A stretch of DNA of 64,000 nucleotides from Bacteroidota bacterium. Lineage in GTDB: Bacteria; Bacteroidota; Ignavibacteria; UBA10030; UBA8401. Shown here piece by piece: positions 9,032 through 19,153 of the stretch (its first letter is position 1; every line of letters starts with the position of its first letter). The stretch lies in contig WBUG01000005.1 in assembly GCA_008933835.1 (NCBI GenBank), positions 18,876 to 82,875 on the forward strand, read 5' to 3'. A model generated the notes under the pieces. The model saw only the letters and a program-made list of their open reading frames with translations, was not told where the DNA came from and made no database searches. The translations under genes and the position numbers were made by a program.

Positions 9032-10779
9032 GCGAGGTCCCTCCGGAGCGAACGGAGTCCGGCGATGTGCACGCCGGCCGCCAGCAGCAGCGACGGCACC
9101 GCGATGGAGGCAGCGGCGAAGCGGATGACCCGCCAGTCCGCGGGGACCTGTTTGAGTTCGGCGTTGAAGACCATCAGTGTCGGATAGTAGTAGAGCGCCA
9201 GGAGCAGGACGATGTAGACGATGCTCAGCAGGAACGTCATCGTCGCTCCCTGGGACGATGCGATGCGGACCGGATTCTTCTCCGCAAAGTCGGCGTACAC
9301 CGCGCCGAGGGCGACGTTGAGGCTCACGAGGGCGAAGGTGACGACCGGCGTGAGGGCGATGGTCATCCATGCCAGCGCCCGAACGTCGTCATGCGGCGTC
9401 ACCGTCTCCATGCGGCCGGTGGCGAGATCGGTCACGCTCCGCACGAAAAGATACGGGATGTTGGAGAGAAAAGCGACCGCCACGCTCAGCAGCACCAGGA
9501 ACGCCGCCGTCACGAGGAACTTCGTCCGGTACACCGAAGAGAGCCGCACCGGCGCGCTCCGGACGGACCAGTAGGCCTTCCCCTCCAGGCTCATCACCGG
9601 AAAACCGAAACGGAGCGCCACCGCGTTGATGAGGAAGATGTTGAAGATGAACACGACGAGATACACGACCGCCTTCAGTTCCGGCGACTCCAGCCGGATG
9701 CTGAGGGTGCTGACGCTGGAGAGGAAGACCGTCAGCAGTCCCATCATCACCACGAAGTGGATCCACTGCGCCGGCTCCCGGACGAACTGCCAGAACTCCT
9801 TCTTCAGCAGCACTTCGGTGACCGGCGCGAACCAGGAGCGGCGTCCGAACGCGAACACCATGTCCTTCGCCTCGAACCGCTTCACCGTGAGGCGCTTCAG
9901 GGAGAGCGAGGCGAGCCAGGTGCGGTAGTACAGCCCGTTCGCCGCCGCCAGCAGCAGCACGAAAAGCCCCGCTGTGGTGAGGAGCATCAGCGCCACGTAC
10001 CCTCCCACCGCCTCGAAGTTGTCGTTGACGTAGAAGTAGAGGATCTCCGAGACCCAGTAGTTCGGCAGGAACTTCGCGATGACCGGGTCCAGGGAACCGA
10101 AGTACAGGTTCACGTACGGATAGAACTTCATCACCTCCTGCACGAGCCGTACCGGGCTCGTCACGGTGAAGTAGAGGTAGATCTGTCCGATGTAGAACAG
10201 CACGATGCCTCCCACGAGCACGCGGAAGTTGACGCGCGGGGCGAGGGTCATGAGGAAGAGCAGCACGATGACGGCGATGCAGGCCGCGAGGAACATGAAC
10301 GGCACCATCACGCCGAACATCATCAGCAGGTAGAAGTGCCAGGGATAGCCGAAGTACACGCCGTACCCGAGCAGCACCGAGAGGCCGACCATGAACAGCG
10401 TGCCGGAACTGTAGAAGAAGTTGTCCAGGAACTTGATGATGAAGATGTTCAGGTACGACACCGGCGCGGTGAGGAGGAACGACACCTCGGGGGAACGGTA
10501 GAGGGTCGTGAACGCCACCACCATGTTCCCCAGGTTGACGGTGACGAAGAAGACGAAGAGCAGCATCCCGATGAAGCGGTGGAACAGGAAGAGCCCGATC
10601 CCCACCGTCTCGAGCAGGTACGCGGTGATGAAGTTCGAGAAGAAGAAGGCGCCGACCGCGAAGGAGCCGAACACCACGAACGAGCCGGCGCTCCGGACCA
10701 CCGTTCCCGTGTCCGGGGAGGAGGGCATCGCCAGGAACATTCGGAGTTTGGACCGCAGGATGTGCAGCAGTGCGCTCAT
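9028..10779 (-). CDS. large polytopic membrane protein, candidate permease of the ABC ATPase at 12278-13009
   Basis: Start trimmed to ATG 10779 ([12 protein letters not shown]), giving 583 aa. At least 12 hydrophobic spans arranged as two halves. ATGA overlaps at both ends. It is the only permease-like partner for the ATPase. Confidence 0.6.
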   Translation of the reverse strand: MSALLHILRSKLRMFLAMPSSPDTGTVVRSAGSFVVFGSFAVGAFFFSNFITAYLLETVGIGLFLFHRFIGMLLFVFFVTVNLGNMVVAFTTLYRSPEVSFLLTAPVSYLNIFIIKFLDNFFYSSGTLFMVGLSVLLGYGVYFGYPWHFYLLMMFGVMVPFMFLAACIAVIVLLFLMTLAPRVNFRVLVGGIVLFYIGQIYLYFTVTSPVRLVQEVMKFYPYVNLYFGSLDPVIAKFLPNYWVSEILYFYVNDNFEAVGGYVALMLLTTAGLFVLLLAAANGLYYRTWLASLSLKRLTVKRFEAKDMVFAFGRRSWFAPVTEVLLKKEFWQFVREPAQWIHFVVMMGLLTVFLSSVSTLSIRLESPELKAVVYLVVFIFNIFLINAVALRFGFPVMSLEGKAYWSVRSAPVRLSSVYRTKFLVTAAFLVLLSVAVAFLSNIPYLFVRSVTDLATGRMETVTPHDDVRALAWMTIALTPVVTFALVSLNVALGAVYADFAEKNPVRIASSQGATMTFLLSIVYIVLLLALYYYPTLMVFNAELKQVPADWRVIRFAAASIAVPSLLLAAGVHIAGLRSLRRDLA

Positions 10780-12281
10780 TCCGTGCGGTACAGGAAGGAA
10801 CCGGGACCGAGCGGGATGTCGAACACGATCCAAAGGGTGAACATCGCCGTCCAGACCGCCAGGAACACCAGCGTGTACGGGAGCATGGTGGCGATGAGCG
10901 TTCCCATGCCGGCGCTCCGGTCGTACCGCTGCAGCAGCGCGATGATGTACGCGAAGTACGACATCGTGGGGGAGATGACGTTCGTGACGCTGTCGCCGAT
11001 GCGGTACGCCGCCTGCGTGAACTCCGGCGTGTACCCCAGCAGCATGAACATCGGGATGAAGACCGGCGCCATGAGCGCCCACTTCGCCGACGCGCTCCCC
11101 ATCAGCATGTTGATGGAGGCCGACACGAGGATGAACGAGACCATCAGCGGCACCGGACCGAGGCCGAGCGCCTTCAGTCCCTCCGCCCCCTTCACCGCGA
11201 GCACGAGGCCGAGGTTCGTCCAGTTGAAGTACGCCACGAACTGCGCCGCGAAGAAGACGATGACGATGTACCCGGCGAGGGTCTCGATGGACTTCCCCAT
11301 CCCCTTCACCGCGTCGGCTTCGCGCCGCATCGTCCCCGCCCCCATGCCGTACGCGATGCCGGTGAGGAACGCGCTGACGAAGAGGAACGTCACGATGCCC
11401 ATCATGAAGGGACCGTGCAGCAGGTCGCCGTCCGGCCGCCGCAGGAAGCCGTCGGACGGCACCAGGCCCGCGAGCGCGACGGCACCGAGGAGCATCACCG
11501 TTCCCCCGGCGTAAAGGAGTCCCCGCCTCTCCTCCCGGGAGAGCGGCGTCAGTTCGGCCGCCTTCTCGTCGCCGCGGTACGCGCCGAGCCGAGGGATCAC
11601 GACCCGTTCGGTCACCCAGGTGCCGGCGGCGGTGAGGACGAAGGTGGAGACGAAGAGGAAATAGTAGTTCGCCGCGGGATTCACCGTGTACTGCGGGTCG
11701 ATGATGTGCGCCGCCTCGGTGGAGAGGCCCGCCAGCAGCGGATCGATGGTGCCGAGCAGCAGATTGGCGCTGTACCCGCCCGACACGCCGGCGAACGCCG
11801 CCGCCATGCCCGCCACCGGATGACGCCCCACCGCCAGGAAGATCATCGCCGCGAGCGGTACCAGCAGCACGTACCCGATCTCGCTGGCGACGTTGGACAT
11901 GATGCCGGAGAAGACCACCACCGCCGTGAGCAGACGGCGCGGCGCGGAGAGGACCAGCAGCCGCATCAGCGCGCCGATCAGTCCGCTGTACTCCGCGATG
12001 CCGATGCCGATCATCGCCACCAGCACCGTGCCGAGCGGCGCGAACCCGGTGAAGTTCGACACCGTGCCGGTGAGGATGCGGTGCAGTCCCTCCACCGACA
12101 GCAGGTTCACCACGGTGATGGTCCGGCCCGTGCCGGGGTGGACCACGGAGAGTCCGAGCGCGCTCCCGGCGGCGGAGAGGAGCAGCACGACGGCCGCCAG
12201 CAGCACGAACAGGGTCACGGGATGCGGCAGTGCGTTCCCCGCGCGTTCCACATATTTCAACAGCCGGTCGAGCAGCCTCAT
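10776..12281 (-). CDS. AbgT-family transporter (p-aminobenzoyl-glutamate / antimetabolite transporter family)
   Basis: 501 aa. N-terminus [29 protein letters not shown], with [19 protein letters not shown] and [21 protein letters not shown], characteristic of AbgT/MtrF/YdaH proteins. Confidence 0.85.
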   Translation of the reverse strand: MRLLDRLLKYVERAGNALPHPVTLFVLLAAVVLLLSAAGSALGLSVVHPGTGRTITVVNLLSVEGLHRILTGTVSNFTGFAPLGTVLVAMIGIGIAEYSGLIGALMRLLVLSAPRRLLTAVVVFSGIMSNVASEIGYVLLVPLAAMIFLAVGRHPVAGMAAAFAGVSGGYSANLLLGTIDPLLAGLSTEAAHIIDPQYTVNPAANYYFLFVSTFVLTAAGTWVTERVVIPRLGAYRGDEKAAELTPLSREERRGLLYAGGTVMLLGAVALAGLVPSDGFLRRPDGDLLHGPFMMGIVTFLFVSAFLTGIAYGMGAGTMRREADAVKGMGKSIETLAGYIVIVFFAAQFVAYFNWTNLGLVLAVKGAEGLKALGLGPVPLMVSFILVSASINMLMGSASAKWALMAPVFIPMFMLLGYTPEFTQAAYRIGDSVTNVISPTMSYFAYIIALLQRYDRSAGMGTLIATMLPYTLVFLAVWTAMFTLWIVFDIPLGPGSFLYRTE

Positions 12282-13009
12282 TCGTCAGCCTCCTTCGTCA
12301 GTTCCAGGAAGACCGATTCGAGCTTCCCGTCGTACTTCGCCTTGTGCCGATGCAGGTTCTCCCGCGTGTCGAGGAAGACCATCCTCCCCTTGTTGATGAT
12401 GCCGACGCGGTCGCACAGCTCCTCCACCATCTCGAGGATGTGGGTGGACATGAAGATGGAGACGCCGTTCTGCGACATCCGCTTGAGCGTGTCCTTCACG
12501 ATGCGCGCGCTCCGGGGGTCGAGCCCCACCATCGGCTCGTCGATGATGACCGTCTTCGGTTCGTGGACGAACGCCGCGGCGAAGGTGACGCGCTGGCGCA
12601 TCCCCTGCGAGTAGTCCTCGGTCTTCTTGTCCACCCAGCTCTCCAGCTCCAGCAGGTCGATCACCCGCTGCACGTTCTCCTTCAGCGTCTCCTTCCGCAT
12701 CCCGTACAGTCCCCCCATGGAGTAGATGAACTCCCGCCCGGTCAGTTTGTCGTAGAGGTACGGATGGTCCGGGATGTACCCGAACGTCGCCTTCGCTTTC
12801 AGCGGTTCCTTCACCACGTCGAACCCGTTGATGCGGATGGAGCCCGCCGTCGGCGTGAAGAGCCCCGTCATCATCTTGATGGTGGTGGTCTTCCCGGCGC
12901 CGTTGGGTCCGAGGAACCCGAAGAACTCGCCCGCCGGGATGGAGAGCGAGACGTCGTCGACGGCCGTGAAGGGGCCGAAGGTCTTGGTGAGGTTGTGCAG
13001 TTCGATCAT
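12278..13009 (-). CDS. ABC transporter ATP-binding protein (ABC-2 type)
   Basis: 243 aa. Walker [10 protein letters not shown], signature YSQGMRQR, Walker B VIIDEP. Confidence 0.9.
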   Translation of the reverse strand: MIELHNLTKTFGPFTAVDDVSLSIPAGEFFGFLGPNGAGKTTTIKMMTGLFTPTAGSIRINGFDVVKEPLKAKATFGYIPDHPYLYDKLTGREFIYSMGGLYGMRKETLKENVQRVIDLLELESWVDKKTEDYSQGMRQRVTFAAAFVHEPKTVIIDEPMVGLDPRSARIVKDTLKRMSQNGVSIFMSTHILEMVEELCDRVGIINKGRMVFLDTRENLHRHKAKYDGKLESVFLELTKEADE

Positions 13010-13025
13010 GACGGCGGCCGGAGCC

Positions 13026-14567
13026 TCACTCCCATTCGATGGTGGCGGGGGGTTTGGAACTGACGTCGTACACGACGCGGTTCACGCCCCGCACTTCGTT
13101 GATGATGCGGTTGGAGACGTGCGCGAGGAAGGCGTACGGCAGGTGCGCCCAGTCGGCCGTCATCCCGTCCACGCTCGTCACCGCGCGCATCGCCACGGTG
13201 TTCTCGTACGTCCGTTCGTCCCCCATCACGCCGACGGAACGGACCGGCAGCAGCACGGTGAACGCCTGCCACACCGAGTCGTAGAGCCCCTGCGAGCGCA
13301 GTTCGCCGATGAAGATGTCGTCCGCGCTGCGGAGCACCTCCAGCCGCTCGCGCGTCACGTCGCCGAGCACGCGGATGGCGAGCCCCGGCCCGGGGAACGG
13401 ATGCCGGTCGATGAGGTGCGCCGGCAGTCCGAGCGTCCGCCCCACCGCGCGCACCTCGTCCTTGAACAGCTCGCGGAACGGTTCGATGAGCTTCAGGTTC
13501 ATCTTCTCCGGCAGCCCGCCGACGTTGTGGTGCGTCTTGATGGTCTGCGACGGTCCCTTGAAGGAGACCGATTCGATGACGTCGGGATAGAGGGTCCCCT
13601 GCGCCAGGAACTCGGCCCCCGCCACCTTCTTCGCCTCGCGGTCGAAGAAGTCGATGAAGGTGCGGCCGATGATCTTCCGTTTCTGCTCGGGGTCCTCCAC
13701 GCCGGCCAGCCGCTCCAGGAACGTGTCGGAAGCGTCCACCCCGTCCAGCGGGATGTGGTACTCGTCGCGGAACATCTTCACCACGGCCTCGCTCTCCCCC
13801 CGCCGCATCAGCCCGTTGTCGATGTGGATGCAGAAGAGCCGGTCCCCCACCGCCTTGTGCAGCAGCACCGCCGCGACGGAGGAATCGACCCCGCCGCTGA
13901 GGGCGCAGAGCACCTTCCGGTCCCCCACCTTCTCGCGGATCTCCTTCACCGCCTCTTCGATGAACGACGCGGCGTTCCAGTTCCCCGAACAGCCGCAGAT
14001 GGTCCGGACGAAGTTGCCGAGGATGCGCTTCCCTTCGGGGGTGTGCACCACTTCCGGATGGAACTGGATGCCGTACTGCCGCTTCGCGCGGTTGCGGATG
14101 GCGCAGATGGCGGCGTTGTCCGAATGCGCGATGGTCTCGAAACCGGCCGGCATGGCGGTCACCTCGTCGCCGTGACTCATCCACACCTCCGTGCTCGCGC
14201 CGAGGTCGCGGAAGATGTCGTCGTGCGCGTCCATCAGCAGTTTCGCCCGCCCGAACTCCCGGCGCGGCGCCTTCGTCACCGCGCCGCCGTTCTGGAACGC
14301 CATCAGCTGCAGTCCGTAGCAGATGCCGAGCACCGGCACGCCGAGCGAATAGAGCGCCGGATCGGGAATGGGGGCGTCCGCCGCATAGACGCTGGAAGGA
14401 CCGCCCGAGAGGATGATGCCGTGCGGGGCGAAGGCGCGCACCGCCTCCACCGGCATGGTGTACGGATGGATCTCGCAATAGACGTTCAGTTCGCGCACCC
14501 GGCGGGCGATGAGCTGGGTGTACTGCGAACCGAAATCGAGGATGAGGATCGATTCGGAGTGACGCAT
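13026..14567 (-). CDS. guaA: GMP synthase (glutamine-hydrolysing)
   Basis: Start trimmed to ATG 14567 ([23 protein letters not shown]), giving 513 aa. GATase domain, ATP-PPase loop SGGVDSSV, and C-terminal PPATIEWE. Confidence 0.95.
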   Translation of the reverse strand: MRHSESILILDFGSQYTQLIARRVRELNVYCEIHPYTMPVEAVRAFAPHGIILSGGPSSVYAADAPIPDPALYSLGVPVLGICYGLQLMAFQNGGAVTKAPRREFGRAKLLMDAHDDIFRDLGASTEVWMSHGDEVTAMPAGFETIAHSDNAAICAIRNRAKRQYGIQFHPEVVHTPEGKRILGNFVRTICGCSGNWNAASFIEEAVKEIREKVGDRKVLCALSGGVDSSVAAVLLHKAVGDRLFCIHIDNGLMRRGESEAVVKMFRDEYHIPLDGVDASDTFLERLAGVEDPEQKRKIIGRTFIDFFDREAKKVAGAEFLAQGTLYPDVIESVSFKGPSQTIKTHHNVGGLPEKMNLKLIEPFRELFKDEVRAVGRTLGLPAHLIDRHPFPGPGLAIRVLGDVTRERLEVLRSADDIFIGELRSQGLYDSVWQAFTVLLPVRSVGVMGDERTYENTVAMRAVTSVDGMTADWAHLPYAFLAHVSNRIINEVRGVNRVVYDVSSKPPATIEWE

Positions 14568-14700
14568 CGGTCGTTCGTTGAGTGTCCGGTGGAGTGGAAA
14601 ACGGCGTTCGGTCCTGTGAAGATACTGCACTTTGTGCGACGGTGCAAGTTTCCGGCGGGGTGATTGTTCCTTGTTTCCTCCCCCCTTTTTGCATAATTTG

Positions 14701-15174
14701 ATGGTTCCTATGGCCAAAGCACCGAACGAAACCGAAGCGCGCATCGCCATCTCCAACCGGAAGGCGCGGTTCGATTATGAGATCCTCGACGTGTACGAAG
14801 CGGGCATCGTCCTGAAAGGGTCCGAGGTCAAGTCGCTCCGCCTGGGGAACGCGAACCTGCTGGACAGCTACGCCGCCCTCAGCAAAGGCGAGGTGTGGCT
14901 GCACCACATGCACATCAGTCCGTTCAAAGAGGCCAACCAGTTCAACCATGACCCGGTCCGCACCCGGAAGCTGCTCCTGAACCGTTCCGAGATCCGGAAG
15001 CTCGTCGGCAAGACGACGGAGAAGGGGCTGACGCTCGTCCCGCTGAAGGTCTACTTCAAGAACGGACACGCGAAGGTCGAGCTCGCCCTCGCCCGGGGCA
15101 AACGGGACTACGACCGGCGACAGGACATCAAGAAGCGGGACGCGGAACGGGAACTCCGCCGCACCGTCCGCTGA
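14701..15174 (+). CDS. smpB: SsrA-binding protein
   Basis: [33 protein letters not shown] is typical SmpB. Start is ATG 14701 or 14710. Confidence 0.9.
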   Translation: MVPMAKAPNETEARIAISNRKARFDYEILDVYEAGIVLKGSEVKSLRLGNANLLDSYAALSKGEVWLHHMHISPFKEANQFNHDPVRTRKLLLNRSEIRKLVGKTTEKGLTLVPLKVYFKNGHAKVELALARGKRDYDRRQDIKKRDAERELRRTVR

Positions 15175-15202
15175 TACGGATCCTTTCCACAGCAACGACA
15201 CC

Positions 15203-16423
15203 ATGGCACCAGTGACCTTTCCCCCGCTCAATGAACAGATGGACCTCGTCCGCCGCGGCGTTTCGGAGATCATCCCCGAGGAGGATCTCGCGCGCAAGAT
15301 CGAACGTTCCATCACCGCAAAGAAACCGCTCATCGTGAAGCTCGGCTGCGACCCGAGCCGGCCGGACCTCCACCTCGGTCACTCCGTCGTGCTGCGGAAG
15401 CTCCGGCAGTTCCAGGACCTCGGCCACACCGCCGTGCTCATCGTGGGGGACTTCACCGGCATGATCGGCGACCCGTCGGGGAAGAGCAAGACCCGCCCCT
15501 CCCTCAGTCTGGAGGAGACGCGGAAGAACGGCGAATCGTACTTCGAACAGGCGCGGAAGGTGCTGTCGGACACGAACGTCCGGATGGTCTACAATTCGGA
15601 ATGGCTCGGCCCGATGTCCTTCGCCGAGGTGATCAAACTGGCGGCGAAGTACACCGTTTCGCAGATGCTGGAGCGGGAGGACTTCCACACGCGGTTCAAT
15701 AAGGAGGAGCCCATCAGTCTTCACGAGTTCCTCTATCCCCTCGCCCAGGCGATGGATTCCGTCGCCATCGAGAGCGACGTGGAGCTCGGCGGCACGGACC
15801 AGAAATTCAACCTGCTCGTCGGCCGCGCCATCCAGCGCGAGTTCGGCAAGGAGCCGCAGGTCATCCTCACCATGCCCATCCTCCCCGGCACGGACGGTGT
15901 GGAGAAGATGAGCAAATCGCTCGACAACTACATCGGCATCAGCGAAGCGCCGAAGGAGATCTTCGGGAAGACCCTCTCCATCCCGGACCGGCTGATGTAC
16001 GACTTCTTCGTGCTCGCTACGAACACGCCGAACGAACACCTGGCCGGCGTGAAGACGATGATCGCCGACCGGCCGCGGGACGCCAAACGGCTCCTCGCCC
16101 GCACGCTCGTCACCCTCTATCATAACGCCGAAGCGGCCGCCGCCGCCGAGGAGGAGTTCGACCGCATCTTCGTGAAGAAGGATGTGCCGGACGAGATGGA
16201 AGAGCTCCGGTACGGAACGCTCGGCGCCGCGGTGCCGGTGCTGCAGCTGCTCACCGAGACCGGCCTGGCCCCCTCCAGGAGCGAGGCCCGGCGGCTGGTG
16301 GAACAGGGTGGTGTGTCGGTGAACGGCGCGAAGGTGGCGGACCCGAAAGCGGAGCTCACCCTCTCCGGCGAACTGGTCGTGAAGGTGGGAAAACGGAAAT
16401 TCCTGAAGGTGCTTCCCTCCTGA
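15203..16423 (+). CDS. tyrS: tyrosine--tRNA ligase
   Basis: 406 aa. HIGH-type motif DLHLGH, KMSKS present, and a C-terminal S4-like domain (SRSEARRLVEQGGVSVNG). Confidence 0.95.
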   Translation: MAPVTFPPLNEQMDLVRRGVSEIIPEEDLARKIERSITAKKPLIVKLGCDPSRPDLHLGHSVVLRKLRQFQDLGHTAVLIVGDFTGMIGDPSGKSKTRPSLSLEETRKNGESYFEQARKVLSDTNVRMVYNSEWLGPMSFAEVIKLAAKYTVSQMLEREDFHTRFNKEEPISLHEFLYPLAQAMDSVAIESDVELGGTDQKFNLLVGRAIQREFGKEPQVILTMPILPGTDGVEKMSKSLDNYIGISEAPKEIFGKTLSIPDRLMYDFFVLATNTPNEHLAGVKTMIADRPRDAKRLLARTLVTLYHNAEAAAAAEEEFDRIFVKKDVPDEMEELRYGTLGAAVPVLQLLTETGLAPSRSEARRLVEQGGVSVNGAKVADPKAELTLSGELVVKVGKRKFLKVLPS

Positions 16424-16436
16424 CGGAAATTTTCTT

Positions 16437-16467
16437 TTTGCATTGTTTGCAAGTATCGCTATATTCG
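16437..16467 (+). promoter_or_regulatory. candidate FCB-type promoter for pdaD
   Basis: TTTG (16437-16440), a 19-nt spacer, then TATATTCG (16460-16467). This approximates the Bacteroidota -33 TTTG / -7 TAnnTTTG consensus. Confidence 0.35.
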
Positions 16468-16570
16468 CATAGTCACACGGTCACTCCACGCATCCGGACG
16501 CACCATGACACTCGCATTCACAAAGACGAAAATCCCTTAATCCTATCACTTCCTTCCCGGAGATGAGACG

Positions 16571-17119
16571 TTGTCCTTCGTTCCCACCAAGATGTTCTTC
16601 ACCAAAGGCGTCGGCCGCCACAAAGATTACCTCCAGTCGTTCGAACTCGCCCTCCGCAATGCCGGCATCGAAAAGTGCAATCTGGTCACCGTGTCCAGCA
16701 TCTATCCCCCACGCTGCAAGCGCATCTCTCCGGCCGAGGGTTTCAAGTTCCTCGAACCGGGACAGGTGACGTTCTGCGTGATGGCGCGGAACGCGACGAA
16801 CGAGCCGAACCGCCTCATCGCCTCCTCCATCGGCGTGGCCATGGCCGCGGACGATTCGCAGTACGGATACCTCTCCGAACACCATCCGTTCGGTGAGACG
16901 GAAGAGAAGGCGGGTGACTACGCCGAAGACCTGGCGGCGACGATGCTCGCCACCACGCTCGGCATGGAGTTCGACCCGAACGTGGCGTGGGACGAACGGG
17001 AGAAGCACTTCAAGATGAGCGGCAAGATCCTGAAGACCTTCAACGTGACGCAGTCCGCCGAAGGGGACAAGGACGGCAAGTGGACCACCACCATCGCCGT
17101 CGCGGTGCTCCTCCCCTGA
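16571..17119 (+). CDS. pdaD: pyruvoyl-dependent arginine decarboxylase
   Basis: 182 aa. [39 protein letters not shown] includes the Ser-Ser self-cleavage site. Apparent TTG start; an ATG lies 21 nt downstream. Confidence 0.85.
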   Translation: MSFVPTKMFFTKGVGRHKDYLQSFELALRNAGIEKCNLVTVSSIYPPRCKRISPAEGFKFLEPGQVTFCVMARNATNEPNRLIASSIGVAMAADDSQYGYLSEHHPFGETEEKAGDYAEDLAATMLATTLGMEFDPNVAWDEREKHFKMSGKILKTFNVTQSAEGDKDGKWTTTIAVAVLLP

Positions 17120-17145
17120 CATCACACCATCGCTCCAAACGAAAT

Positions 17146-17172
17146 AGGACGCTTCGCGCGTCCTTTTTTATT
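17146..17172 (+). terminator. intrinsic terminator after pdaD
   Basis: AGGACGC-TTCGC-GCGTCCT followed by TTTTTATTT. Confidence 0.7.
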
Positions 17173-17201
17173 TGATTCCGCCCGTCTGCGGAATCATCTC
17201 A

Positions 17202-17248
17202 TGCTCGCCACCCCGAGTTCGGCCTGGCGAGCACATTTCACATGTCGC
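17202..17248. repeat. palindromic repeat copy A (left flank of the low-G+C cassette)
   Basis: TGCTCGCCA-N14-TGGCGAGCAC, 6 nt, then CATGTCGC. Shares both arms and the trailing CATGTCGC with copy B. Its first 12 nt with the preceding A (17201-17212) equal pdaD 16943-16954. Confidence 0.6.
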
Positions 17249-17401
17249 CGCATCATGCTAATCGCATCTTGAGAACCTCGGTGCGTTTGGTGTTGCTCTG
17301 CGACCGATTCAGCATCCTTCTTTCTGGGAGAGAATAGAGCATTAACCGCACACATAGAATGTGAAGCATATCGTGTCTGTTCCCTTGGACACCATCACTT
17401 C

Positions 17402-18697
17402 TTATCGATACCCCCGAATCACGAACGGACCGCCGTAGAGACCATTGAAAATGAACCCGCCCGCCACCACCATATTATCTCCAACATGAACCGATTTTAA
17501 GTCGGCATCACCAACCGACAACAGTTCAGGATACGTTCTCCATGAGATACCATTCCAATGGCCCACTTCAACGACTTGGCCGACAACAAACATATCGTTT
17601 GGGGCAGAAGCCCGAAGAAGAAATGCGGGCCTATTGATGCCGTTCTTTTGTATCGGGATGAACGACCGGTCGCTCTTTATCATCTTATAAAATCCATCCG
17701 AATACAGATAGGCGTACCGCTTTGAATCGGTCCAAACAGACATGATGTAGTGCATATCAATCCCGGCTGTTTGGTTATCATACATGACGGTCCATTCAAT
17801 TCCATTGTACCATAGCAGGACGCTCTTACCATCGCGAATGTTCGTCCCTGTCGCCCAGACATCATCGCTGCTTGTTCCCCAGATATCGGCTAAGTCCACT
17901 TTTGTCTTACTGTTCATTTTAATCCATGTACCATTCGAGTAGCGGGCAATGCTGCCGCTGTCTCCGACGATGAAGATGTCGTGGGTCGGGCTGCCCCAAA
18001 CACTTTTAATTTCAAAATTACCTAACGCTTCGACATGTCTCACACGGGTGTTCGTTGAACCATCCCAGTGGATTAGACTTCCTCCCCCATACCAAATGTC
18101 GTTTACATTATAGACAAAGAGCGAGTTGATATCCGGAGTCCATATTATGTTATTTAGTTCAAAGCTGACCTTCTTCAGTTTCCACGATGTACCATCCCAC
18201 CTCGCCACATTATAATGAGTTGATACATCATACCCTCCTTTACCATCGCTAAGTCTGAATAAACCGGCTGCAATAACATCGTTACGATGTAATACCCATA
18301 TTGCTTCAACGCTTCCATAGGCCCCGAGCGTGTCATACGACTGCCATTGAATGTCATGCGAGGTCGTGTCCATCGTGCTCGCCTGAACGGTCGTCCGGTA
18401 ATGCTCCTCCTCCAGCGTATAGGAGTATGTGCGGTTCGGCTGCAAACCAGAATCAGTGATGACCGTCTCCCGCTCTGACAGCACGAACGAAGCGATCACA
18501 TCTTTGTCACGACGAAGAGCGGCGAATCCGGCTTTGTCCGGCGCGCTTCCATTGATCCTGAGCGTCACCTCCGTGGAGGTCGTTTCAAGAACGGCCAATG
18601 CATCGCGTTGAGGCTGTGTCGGAGATTCCTTGCAGTTCAGCCCACCGAGAACGCAGAGAGACAGTGATGCGAAGAGAAGGATATTGTATATATGCAT
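17402..18697 (-). CDS. secreted (possibly lipo-)protein with Fn3/Ig-like N-domain and beta-propeller repeats; function unknown
   Basis: Start trimmed to ATG 18697 (MHIYNILLFASLSLCVLGGLNC). Repeated W-x-G/NG-x-W blades: RWDGTSWK, HWDGSTN, YSNGTWIKM, WYNGIEWTV, HWNGISWRT. Visibly AT-richer than its neighbours. Confidence 0.7.
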   Translation of the reverse strand: MHIYNILLFASLSLCVLGGLNCKESPTQPQRDALAVLETTSTEVTLRINGSAPDKAGFAALRRDKDVIASFVLSERETVITDSGLQPNRTYSYTLEEEHYRTTVQASTMDTTSHDIQWQSYDTLGAYGSVEAIWVLHRNDVIAAGLFRLSDGKGGYDVSTHYNVARWDGTSWKLKKVSFELNNIIWTPDINSLFVYNVNDIWYGGGSLIHWDGSTNTRVRHVEALGNFEIKSVWGSPTHDIFIVGDSGSIARYSNGTWIKMNSKTKVDLADIWGTSSDDVWATGTNIRDGKSVLLWYNGIEWTVMYDNQTAGIDMHYIMSVWTDSKRYAYLYSDGFYKMIKSDRSFIPIQKNGINRPAFLLRASAPNDMFVVGQVVEVGHWNGISWRTYPELLSVGDADLKSVHVGDNMVVAGGFIFNGLYGGPFVIRGYR

Positions 18698-18958
18698 ATG
18701 ACTTCTCAATCCAGTTTGAAAAGTGAACATGGCAATAAGTTATTGAAAGAAGTTGGGCGGCTTCTCGAAAGGCGTGAAATCGATGTTACTGGTGACCATC
18801 GCTGCGGTAGCGTACTCAAGGTTTGGAACAGAATCAAGCGGTGGGAAGAAATGAGGGAAATATGATGCAGGATTCAAGATGTCTTAGACTGGGTTTCGCG
18901 ATACGCTTGACGGCAATGGATGGTCGACCTGCTTCGAATGAAGCGGAACGGCCATTCT

Positions 18959-19019
18959 TGCTCGCCATACCTCGGCTTCGCTCTGTATGGCGAGCACTCA
19001 AGAAATGCATGCATGTCGC
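18959..19019. repeat. palindromic repeat copy B (right flank of the low-G+C cassette)
   Basis: TGCTCGCCATAC-N14-GTATGGCGAGCAC (12-bp perfect arms), 14 nt, then CATGTCGC. Same orientation as copy A. Confidence 0.6.
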
Positions 19020-19100
19020 GGATAATGGAAAAATACAAGGCTCGTTAAAAATGACAGTGGGCGCTAGAATTCAATCAGCTACGCAGTTTTTAACCGCTCT

Positions 19101-19131
19101 AAAACAGAAAAGGCGAACCTGTCCGCCTTTT
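19101..19131 (-). terminator. intrinsic terminator after the S8 protease gene
   Basis: Minus strand reads AAAAGGCG-GACAGGTT-CGCCTTTT followed by CTGTTTT. Confidence 0.55.
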
Positions 19132-19153
19132 CTCCTTGCTATATCCCACATCG

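Noticed and set aside
7055-9370. Long N-terminal extensions of real genes in the track: 7055-9370, 9028-11082, 13026-14756, 22870-23703, 31506-33977, 50277-52655, 52271-53572, 58852-59991 and 59781-61193.
   Set aside because: In each case an internal ATG gives a canonical N-terminus (signal peptide, or a family-typical start such as VIIVNYN). That ATG coincides with an ATGA, TGATG or TAATG junction to the upstream gene. The extension would overlap that upstream gene.
14568-14700. A purine riboswitch upstream of guaA, or a tmRNA (ssrA) gene next to smpB.
   Set aside because: The 133-nt divergent spacer shows no three-way-junction pattern or conserved purine-aptamer loops. No tRNA-like acceptor/T-arm plus tag-ORF structure appears anywhere near smpB.
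17202-19019. Reading the two palindromic repeats as integron attC sites, or the region as an integron cassette.
   Set aside because: The arms lack the RYYYAAC / GTTRRRY R-box sequences. There is no intI gene or attI, and only one cassette. I kept it as a generic repeat-bracketed insertion instead.
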